Assembly: GCA_002239105.1 (NCBI GenBank)
Contig: MPNQ01000006.1
Span: 2,595 to 66,594, forward strand
From: a marine group bacterium Sva0996 bin134
GTDB taxonomy: Bacteria; Actinomycetota; Acidimicrobiia; Acidimicrobiales; Bin134
DNA: 64,000 nucleotides
Direction of reading: 5' to 3'
Positions 1 to 8,000 of the stretch are shown here, in pieces (the first letter of the stretch is position 1; the number at the start of each line of letters is the position of its first letter). The position numbers were made by a program, and so were the translations under genes. The notes below the pieces were generated by a model. The model saw only the letters and a program-made list of their open reading frames with translations. It ran no database searches and was not told where the DNA came from.

Positions 1-830
1 AGCCCTTCCTCGGCGAGCATCTCACCAACACCGGGCAAGTCCTTGGCCGCCATACCCGACGCCAAGTGGTAGAGGGCGATCAAGCTGTGGGTCTTGCCGC
101 CGCCGAAGTTGGTCTGAAGCTCGATAACCGGGTCGCCGCCGCTTCCCGACAGCCGGCTCACAGCACCCACCAAAAGATCACGCAGCCCTTGGGTGATATA
201 GGTGCGGGCGAAGAACTCTCTCGGATCCTGATACTCCGGCTCGGCATTGCCTTTGAGCACCTCGAACAAGTCAGCAGCGAACTCCGCTTGTTCAAAGTTG
301 CCCTGGGCCACATCTGAATGCGGCATGATGATGTCGCGCCAGGCGGTCAACCCCGCCGTCGGGTGCCCCTCGGTGGGTTTGGCCGCCGTCTTGCGCCGCT
401 GGGCCCGTGACTCCTCATCCACCATCTGGCGCATCAAGTCGCGCCGCAAATCCCGGATCTTCTGACGCTCATCCAGGTTGCCAAAGGCCTCCAGCAGCCG
501 CTCCATGGAGTCGAGCGCCCGGGCCGTGTCGTCGGTGGACAGCGCCTGCTGGTGCGCCCAGCTGTTGCGGGCGTCGGCCACCTCGAACACCAGCGCCCGC
601 ACCGCCGGCGGAAAGCCGTGGCCGAACACTTCCTGCCAAGTGGCCTTCATCCCCTTGAACAGAAACGCCGCATCCTCAGTCGACGGGCTGCGCTCGGGAG
701 TGTGCAGCCGCCCATTGACCGCCTCGAGCCACCCGTCGCCATAGAACCCTCGCCACGTGTCCTCGCACTTCGGCCGCAGCCCATCGCGCAGCAGATCGAG
801 CGCCCTTGAGATGCGCTCGGTATTGGCCAT
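1..830 (-). CDS. Swt1-like HEPN domain fused to DUF499/COG1483-type P-loop ATPase (first 276 codons; the gene runs off the left edge)
   Basis: Absent from the ORF track because there is no stop in the window. My reverse-complement translation from ATG 830-828 reads MANTERISRALDLLRDGLRPKCEDTW... It contains a HEPN Rx4H motif (FEVADARNSWAHQQ). About 250 aa in lies the Walker A stretch ELQTNFGGGKTHSLIALYHL, typical of DUF499 ATPases that accompany DUF1156 methylases. Confidence 0.8.
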   Translation of the reverse strand, partial: MANTERISRALDLLRDGLRPKCEDTWRGFYGDGWLEAVNGRLHTPERSPSTEDAAFLFKGMKATWQEVFGHGFPPAVRALVFEVADARNSWAHQQALSTDDTARALDSMERLLEAFGNLDERQKIRDLRRDLMRQMVDEESRAQRRKTAAKPTEGHPTAGLTAWRDIIMPHSDVAQGNFEQAEFAADLFEVLKGNAEPEYQDPREFFARTYITQGLRDLLVGAVSRLSGSGGDPVIELQTNFGGGKTHSLIALYHLASGMAAKDLPGVGEMLAEEG

Positions 831-993
831 CACCATCGGCGGCACCTACCTTGCTGCTCACGCACGGGGCGAGCATACGACAAGAGCTCCAAAGCGCTTA
901 GAGTCTGCGTGGTATTGGGCGCTGGAGTCCGAACACAGGGGGCTAGCATGAACGGACGACAGGGCAGAAGTCTGAAGAAAACTCTGACTCCTA

Positions 994-1022
994 TTGCTAT
1001 TCTCATGACTATTCGGTATATC
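994..1022 (+). promoter_or_regulatory. Candidate sigma70-type promoter for the TA cassette (near-leaderless)
   Basis: TTGCTA (994-999), a 17-nt spacer, then TATATC (1017-1022), 7 nt before the ATG at 1030. It sits in a locally AT-rich stretch. There is no Shine-Dalgarno sequence, consistent with a leaderless or short-leader mRNA. Confidence 0.3.
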
Positions 1023-1029
1023 TAAGGCA

Positions 1030-1293
1030 ATGTTGGATCGCAAAGACCCGATGAGCGCCATCCCGGCGCTTACCGAAGAGGAAAAGAACGAGATCCGAGA
1101 AGAGTGGGCCGACTACGTGCCTGACCCCATCATCATCTCGGAAGCCCGCAAGAAGGAGCTCCGCGAGGAAAATGAGCGGTACCTTGCCGAACTCATCGAG
1201 GAAGTAGGAGAGCCAACGGCCGAGGAAATGGCCCGCGCCGAGGCCTGGTGGCGCCCCATCAAGGAACACCTCACAAAAGACATCCACCAGTGA
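1030..1293 (+). CDS. Putative antitoxin, acidic 87-aa protein of no recognisable family
   Basis: Small acidic ORF directly upstream of a PIN toxin. Its TGA stop overlaps the toxin GTG start (GTGA at 1290-1293). Confidence 0.55.
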   Translation: MLDRKDPMSAIPALTEEEKNEIREEWADYVPDPIIISEARKKELREENERYLAELIEEVGEPTAEEMARAEAWWRPIKEHLTKDIHQ

Positions 1294-1676
1294 GGGCCCT
1301 CATACTGGACTCCGGGGCAGTAACCGGCCTCGCGCGCCAGTATCAGCGATCGCCCGCCAATCTCCGACTGGACGAAAGTCCGGACACGTGGTCGGCAGTC
1401 GTGCCTTCCCTCGTTCTCGTCGAATGCCTGTCGGGTCGACAGCGCGCGGACGCGATGGTCAATCGCTTCTTGAAGAGATGCCAGGTAGTTGACGGCCCCC
1501 ACGAAACCCTTGCACGGCGCGCGGGTTCTTTGAGGGCGCAGGCTGGGCGCGGCTCAGCCGTAGATGCTGTGGTGGTTGCCATGGCCGAGCCTGGAGGGGC
1601 CGTACTAACCGGTGACCTCAGAGATCTCAAAGCACTGGCGGCCTACGCACAAGACGTCAGCGTCTTCAGCATGTAG
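1290..1676 (+). CDS. vapC: PIN-domain (VapC-like) toxin
   Basis: The four PIN acidic positions are visible: ALILDSGA, LVLVECLSG, SAVDAVVVAM, LTGDLRDL. The GTG at 1290 is in frame with the track ORF 1248-1676 and is coupled to the upstream stop. Confidence 0.75.
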   Translation: MRALILDSGAVTGLARQYQRSPANLRLDESPDTWSAVVPSLVLVECLSGRQRADAMVNRFLKRCQVVDGPHETLARRAGSLRAQAGRGSAVDAVVVAMAEPGGAVLTGDLRDLKALAAYAQDVSVFSM

Positions 1677-1760
1677 CAGCCAATCTCCGGCTGGACACCT
1701 GCTCTTCGGTCTCGTCGCGCGGTACAAGGTGCCCACTTTCGGCTATTGGCGCAAGTGCCG

Positions 1761-4523
1761 TCAGAGCATCGATTCTTGGACGGGGCCCGTGGCCGCGGCT
1801 TCGGTGGCGTCGGCGCCGGAGCGTAGGTTGGGCCAGGCGGTGATGAGCCCGTTGTAGGCCCCGGCTTCGGCCGCCCACCCCTTGTCGTTGGCCTTCTGAT
1901 ACAGGAGATAGGCGAGCTGGCGAGCTCGCTCGCCGTAGCCGCCCAGAGTGTGCAGCAGTTCAGACGCTTCCGACTCCGACCTCTCCAAAGCGGCAATCAA
2001 ATGCTGCACCGACTCCCAAACCGTACGCCGAAGATCATCAACGGGTGAATAGCCCGGTGGAAGCTCCGAGCGCTCATAGAGCCGGAACTTGCCTGCGCGG
2101 GCCTCGCCGATACCCGATTCCTCGACCCCCGCCAGCGACGTGTTCTTCGCCCGGGCCACGCTGTCGGCATCCCCCGACGGCCCAGGGGTGTACCCATGCT
2201 CAGAGAACCAGGTGAGCGCGAACCGGGTGTCAGCATCCAGTTCCGCATCCTCCCCATCGAGCACCTCGCCCAACACATCGTTGATGATGGCCAACGCCGC
2301 CGACACCGGCATCGCCGACCCATCCGCCTCCACCACCTTGGCATACCGCGAGAACACCTTGATCCCCGGCCCAATAGTGGACTGCGCCATGTCTACCGGG
2401 GCGATGTTGCCGGATTGGAGGATGCGCACCGCGTCGGGAAGCTCCTCGCGCAACGCCGCGATGAACTCGCCGCGCGTGGCGAGCGATGCTTGAGCAGACC
2501 GAGGGCGACAAGCCAGCACAATGGAGGATGCCAAAGCGTTAGTTCCCCGGGCGAGGATTCGCCCCGGAGATTCTGTCCTGATCGGCCAAGTAGCGTTGAC
2601 CTGCAGTCCAGCGTCAAGCACTGCTTGGAGGAATGTGTCCCAACCGGTGGCGCGTACTTCGCCGTCGCGGGTCTCAGTTGCCTTGTAGGCATAGTAGATC
2701 GTAGTTGGCACATCGGCATTCTGGTATTGGACTACTTGGGCCATGAAATCGGCCATACCCGACTCAAAATGCTCCTCAGCCTCTTGCCTTGAACCGGCCC
2801 GATATCGGTTGGCGATCAATTCCTCGGCCTTCGGCGTCAGCAGAGTGGAGCACTCGTCGGGCCACACCCTGAAGAGGTTCTTGCGCAACCAGACGTAGAA
2901 GAAATCTGATAGATCAGCGTAGGAGATGTTGTCGTAATAGGGCGGATCGGTAGAAATGATCGAACCTGCACACTCGCGCACGCGGGCTCGAGCGTCTCGC
3001 TGCACCGCCTCCGCCTCGCCCTGGGCAAGAAAAGCGGCAAGTGATTTGCACACTTTTGACAGGCAAAGTGACCAACTACCCCCAGAATTAGAAAACGGAT
3101 TGGCCTCTGCGAAATCCCAGGTCATAGGAATCGCCTGCCTTGCAAAGGACTCCCGAAGAGCTCCCCGGTCATTCATCCAGGTCACAATGCTTGACCAAAG
3201 GTTTGCGCACTTGTCCACAGCGAATGCCAGATAGGTGACCACAGCGTCCGCGTAGGCTGTTGCTCTGCGACCGCCTTCGTGAAACCGCACGCCGTCGCTG
3301 GCCATGCCCACGGCAAGTGCATCCGAGGCCACCCGCTCAGCCACCTCTCCAAGCAGATCAGAGAATGTGGTCAACGCTGTGAGCTGACGAGGTGTAAACA
3401 GCTTCCACCACTCGTCGAATCCATATACGTAGACGGTGCCTCCAGTCAGCTTCTCTGGGTTCTTGCCATCCGGCTTCCATTCAGGTTCTCCACACTTTGC
3501 GGCTTCCCGTTCTTCAGGCATGACAGGGAGGTAGCTACGGCCGCCAACTCCTTCGGCCACCACAGCCATCAATTGCTGGCTCATACGTCCGGCGCGGCTT
3601 TCAGTCTTGATGTATTCGCCGGAAATCGCCGCTCCAGTGGCGATGCAGGTGCCATTGCCCCGGTTCACAGTCCTTTCGTATGCCGGTTCGCCGCCATCCC
3701 GAATCACGTAGCTGATGGTCTGGGTTTCCCTGTCGATGACCGGCTCAATCCATACCTTCGGCTTGCCCGGACGGTTGGCCAGCGTCCAAGACGCCACCAG
3801 AGGCACATGGCCCGACCAACTCGGATCGGGCGACTCCACGGTTCGGGCCCAGATCCACGCAATTGGTGTCAGCTTTTCACCGCTGGGTCCGGTGGCACTT
3901 GGATAGAGGTGCCCAATGCGCCGCTCAGCCTCATCTCTCATCCAATGGCCGTACGCCTCCACATCGGCTGCCAACCCCTGAGCCCGCTCCCATGTGGTGA
4001 GCGTCTTGTCAATGTCTGGATGAACTGGTGGTACGCCAGCAAAGCGTGGCGGGATCTCGATCATCGCCTTGTTGATCAGCACCGCTACCGGATTCAGGTC
4101 ACCTGCCAGGGCCTTCAACCCAAGTCGTTGAGCTTCCAGAGGAATCGCCCCACCTCCGGCAAAGGGGTCAAGAATCGGCGGGGGCCCATCCGGAAAGCAC
4201 CGGTCAATCTCCACACGTGCCTCAGCAAGCACCTCAGGGTTATCGGAGTTTTCCCACTTCACCAGCCGCTCCAAGATGCGAAACAGCCGCTGCCGTTCAG
4301 CCTCCTGCTCATCAGGCGTCAACGATGTATCCCCCGATGGATCATCCACCAGAGACGCCCAAATCACCGCCCGAGCCGCCGCCAACGGCCGCCGAGCCCA
4401 CCACAAGTGCAATGTCGACGGATGCCCATGCCGAATCGACTTCTCCCTCGCCGCCTCCGCATTGATCACCGCCAACGGCAACGCCACCTCAATCAGCTTC
4501 GGCCGATACGCCTCGCCTGCCAC
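1761..4523 (-). CDS. DUF1156-family (COG1743) DNA methyltransferase, N6-adenine/N4-cytosine type
   Basis: The N-terminus KLIEVALPLAVINAEAAREKSIRHGHPSTLHLWWARRPLAAARAV is the DUF1156 signature. SAM-binding motif I is ILDPFAGGGAIPLEA and catalytic motif IV is STDPPYYDNISY. Length 920 aa, GTG start. Confidence 0.9.
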   Translation of the reverse strand: MAGEAYRPKLIEVALPLAVINAEAAREKSIRHGHPSTLHLWWARRPLAAARAVIWASLVDDPSGDTSLTPDEQEAERQRLFRILERLVKWENSDNPEVLAEARVEIDRCFPDGPPPILDPFAGGGAIPLEAQRLGLKALAGDLNPVAVLINKAMIEIPPRFAGVPPVHPDIDKTLTTWERAQGLAADVEAYGHWMRDEAERRIGHLYPSATGPSGEKLTPIAWIWARTVESPDPSWSGHVPLVASWTLANRPGKPKVWIEPVIDRETQTISYVIRDGGEPAYERTVNRGNGTCIATGAAISGEYIKTESRAGRMSQQLMAVVAEGVGGRSYLPVMPEEREAAKCGEPEWKPDGKNPEKLTGGTVYVYGFDEWWKLFTPRQLTALTTFSDLLGEVAERVASDALAVGMASDGVRFHEGGRRATAYADAVVTYLAFAVDKCANLWSSIVTWMNDRGALRESFARQAIPMTWDFAEANPFSNSGGSWSLCLSKVCKSLAAFLAQGEAEAVQRDARARVRECAGSIISTDPPYYDNISYADLSDFFYVWLRKNLFRVWPDECSTLLTPKAEELIANRYRAGSRQEAEEHFESGMADFMAQVVQYQNADVPTTIYYAYKATETRDGEVRATGWDTFLQAVLDAGLQVNATWPIRTESPGRILARGTNALASSIVLACRPRSAQASLATRGEFIAALREELPDAVRILQSGNIAPVDMAQSTIGPGIKVFSRYAKVVEADGSAMPVSAALAIINDVLGEVLDGEDAELDADTRFALTWFSEHGYTPGPSGDADSVARAKNTSLAGVEESGIGEARAGKFRLYERSELPPGYSPVDDLRRTVWESVQHLIAALERSESEASELLHTLGGYGERARQLAYLLYQKANDKGWAAEAGAYNGLITAWPNLRSGADATEAAATGPVQESML

Positions 4524-4672
4524 GAACGGCCACGGTAGCCAACTGGGGCGGCAAGATTATGGCGCTGGCCGGAACCGCAGCACCTGATCGATAACTTTAG
4601 TGCTATTTCAATATATTTGCTGTACTGTAGAATACGAGTGGATCGAGTAGCCATGAGGACAGAAGCAGCACC

Positions 4673-5089
4673 TTGTCACCCCCGTACTACAACAGCTTGC
4701 CGGCGCAGTTTCAGTTGGAGTTGGAGACAGCTCGCCGAATCGGCCTCACGCCTGTCGAGATTCCCAGCACAGCATTCGATGCCTTGGCGGCCGAAGGTGA
4801 GAGGATGATCTACGTCGTAGCGGGCGGCCAACTGTTGGCGTCCAAGCGACAAGTGGGCGTTGAGCACGTCTCCCATGCGGTGCTCGCCCATGACGGCCCC
4901 GTACAAGCCGCAGGCGAGTTTGAAATCGTGGGTGAAGATGGGGTGCTCGTTGTGTCGGCGCTCAACAACATGAGCGGCCACTACCAGCCAGCCGCAGAAA
5001 GCCTCGAAGTTGCCCAACAGGCGTTCGAAGCCGCTGGAATCCGTATACGTTCGGGTGCTGTTCACCGCTACGATTTTGAGGCACCATGA
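4673..5089 (+). CDS. Hypothetical small protein (138 aa from TTG 4673, or 94 aa from ATG 4805), coupled to the 1470-aa gene
   Basis: Protein-like composition. Its TGA stop overlaps the ATG of the next gene (ATGA at 5086-5089). Conserved-looking core: HVSHAVLAHDGPVQAAGEFEI...LNNMSGHYQP. I cannot assign a family. Confidence 0.55.
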   Translation: MSPPYYNSLPAQFQLELETARRIGLTPVEIPSTAFDALAAEGERMIYVVAGGQLLASKRQVGVEHVSHAVLAHDGPVQAAGEFEIVGEDGVLVVSALNNMSGHYQPAAESLEVAQQAFEAAGIRIRSGAVHRYDFEAP

Positions 5090-8000
5090 CTGCTACTACA
5101 ACGCCGAACCCGCCCGTCGAACCGACACAAGAGATAGTTAACTCCGCGCTGCTGCGCATCGAAGAGGCGACGGACTACTACGCATTCGAGCAGGCATGGA
5201 TCGATGGACTGCGCAGGCTGTCCGCCTCAAGCGCCGGCGACATGAGAGTGCTGCTATTGGCAGAAGCTGGCAGGCGGCTCAATGTGTTTGACGAGGTGGC
5301 GGACGACGTGGCGCGGCGGAGCTGGCTTCGCCAAGTGGTCGAAGAGGTGCGGTTGCGCGGTGACGCAGTCCAGGGTGGAGAGCTTGCGGCAGTGGCCGCC
5401 AAAGAACTCCGAGAGGCCTTTGCTCGCGCCCGTCCAGAGATTGCCGATCTGCGGGCTGCGGTAACTGGCGGGGAGAACTTACAAGAATTCGCTATTCGAT
5501 GTCCCCTCGCTGCGGATCGAGTCCGTGACCTCGGAAGGATTGCTGAAGGGCTGAGCAGCAGCGGACTGCTGGCCCTTGGGCCTGCCGAAGACCACGGTAT
5601 GGCCCGCGACCTCGCGAATGCACTGACCCCTCCGGTTCCACTTATCCCCTCGGTTCCTGAATCCCTGCGGGTGACTCGGGACGAACTGCTGGTGTGGGCG
5701 AAAGCGGGCGGCTCGGACCAAGTGCTGCCCCGCCTGGTTCGCAGCCTCATTGCCGAGACTGAGCCGTCCGCTGAGTGGCTCGATATGCCTGCGGGCACCG
5801 CGGTCACATCGTCCGGTTGGGACGGCATCGTGCGATGCTCACGAGGCAATCGCTACGTGCCAGCCGGTCAGTCGGTCTGGGAGTTGTCAACCAAACAGAA
5901 CGGCTCGCATGAGAAGGCTGGCCGCGACTACGCGAAGCGGGTCACCACATCACCACGTGAAGAACGAACCGATTTGGCTTATGTGGCCGTTGTGTCAGCC
6001 CCGTGGACCAAAGCCCGAGAATTCAAGCAGTACCGCACGGCGAAGGGCGACTTCCGGCAGGTGGAGGCCCTGAACGTCGACAGCTTGGAGGATTGGTTGG
6101 AGTGCGCGCCCGCCACCACGGTATGGCTGCGCGAGCAGATGGGGGCTCCGGTGGCAGGAATCGGCTTGCTCTCGCCATGGTGGTCAAAGTGGTTGGAATC
6201 GACCAGGACACCCCTTGACGAGGGGTTTGTACTGGCAGGACGCGAACAGGCCGCGGGGAACTTGCGTGACCGCTGCCGACAGGGTCGGGGGGTCGTAACC
6301 GTTGGGGGCCGCATCCAGCGCGACGAGATCTTGGCGTTCGTTGCGGCTGCGCTTGTCGCAGGAGACACTTCGGAGGCATCGTTCGGCGACGTGCTGTACG
6401 TGACTACCCACGACACCGCACGTCGTCTGTTCGCTGTGGATGCACTTTCGGGCAACCAGGGGCGCAGCCGTCTGACCCCCGCGCTGACGGTGGTCGTACC
6501 GTCGGCAGAGTTCGCTGAACATCTACCCGCAGGGAGCCCGCATCGAATGATCGTGCCGGTCCCAGGCTCTACACAGGCCGAGATTGTCCTTGATGCCGTC
6601 GACTCAGGACTAGTGGCCCAACGATTGCAAGACAATCGAGTGGAGCTTCATGCGGCACACAAGCTCGGAGGAATGGCTCGAATGAGCCTGATGGCACTCA
6701 GAAGGCACCTCAGCGTCGACCCCGCTTTGCACACGCCGGAATGGGCAAAGGGGCAGGCCAGCAAGATGCTGCGACGGAGCCTGCTGCTCGGCGGCTGGAA
6801 TGAATCCCATGAGGGCGACCGCAAGACCGTAGAGGGGTTCACCGGCCTTCCATCCGATGCGGTTGCCGAGGCTTTGCGACAGTTCGACGCTGGTGATGCC
6901 CCCATGACTACGACCGGCGAACTGGTCCATACCGTTTCACCGGCGGATACTTGGCTGCTGTTGCACGATCAGCTTTCTGCCAGCGACGTGGCGGAATTCG
7001 CGGAGGTCGCCCACGAGGTACTGACTGATGCCGATCCACTGTGGGAGCTAGACAGGGAAGAAGTACTCCGTGCCCAGATTGAGGGAATCCAGGCGAGGTA
7101 CTCGTCTCAGCTCAAACAGGGAGTCGCAACTACTCTTGCACTGGCTGGCAGCAAACCGTCAGCGTCGGGCGGGGCCACTTCGTCGAGTTCGGGAATGGCT
7201 GAGGGCATCACTCGAAGATTGCTCAGATCAGCAATGGACGACGAAAGCCCTAGAACCTGGGTTGCCGTTTCCGACACATTGCCGCTTCTAGCGGAGGCCT
7301 CACCCGAAGCCGTGCTCGAAGCCCTGCGTACCTGCCTCGCCGAGTCGCACGCCTTCGCGCAAGCTATGTTCACCGATGGCGACTCTGACTGGTTCGGCCA
7401 TACCGCTTCGTCGCCCCATTTTCGCATCCTTAATGCTCTGGAAGTCCTCGCGTGGTCGCCTGAGCATCTATTGGCCACCGCGGACGTGCTCTCTCGGCTA
7501 GCCCAGATCGACCCCGGAGGCCGGTACTCGAATCGACCGGATGAGAGCCTCGCCTCAATCATGTGTCCGTGGCTACCCAACACATCGGCAGACTTTGAAG
7601 TTCGTCTCGCAACAGTCCGGATGTTGCGACAATCCCATTCAAATGTCGCCTGGGCGTTGATGCTGTCGATGCTGCCAGAACGCCATGGTGTCCAGCACCC
7701 GAGCGAAATGCCTCGATTCCGCGACTGGAGGCCAGGTCAGCCAGCGGTGACACAGCGAGAGTACGCCGAAACAACCATTGCAGTCGCAGAGATGCTCATT
7801 GAGGACGTCGGTGTGGATTCTGAGCGCTGGACAGCTTTGGTCAGACACATCGCCGATTTACCAGGCGAGGCGCGTCGCAAGGCAATCGCAGGAATCAGCA
7901 GAATTGCTGCAACAGGCGCCGATGAGACATTCAAGTCGAGGATGTGGCCGCTGTTGCGGGACCTAGTGGCTCGTCACCGCCGCAACAGTGAAACCAATTG

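Noticed and set aside
66-876. Cluster of 60-90-aa ORFs at the left edge (66-317, 247-465, 407-658, 478-744, 552-809 plus; 676-876 minus)
   Set aside because: All overlap the minus-strand HEPN-DUF499 ORF, which has clear motifs. Their sequences are Arg/Pro/Ala-rich nonsense.
3279-4538. 419-aa plus-strand ORF
   Set aside because: It lies entirely antisense to the well-supported DUF1156 methylase. Its composition is Arg/Pro/His-rich with low complexity, typical of off-frame ORFs in high-GC DNA.
4588-4650. AT-rich stretch with TAGAAT and TTGCTG between the methylase and the 138-aa gene, with a LexA-box-like CTGT
   Set aside because: It is plausibly a divergent promoter region, but the -35/-10 spacing does not fit and there is no matching ACAG half-site. 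It is not annotated as a specific element.
4673-5089. Possible deaminase/ART-toxin-like resemblance of the 138-aa protein (H..H...AGE...N.SGHY.P pattern)
   Set aside because: It has no Cys/His zinc-binding pair (HxE...PCxxC) and no convincing catalytic triad. The resemblance is only pattern-level memory, so the protein is left as hypothetical.
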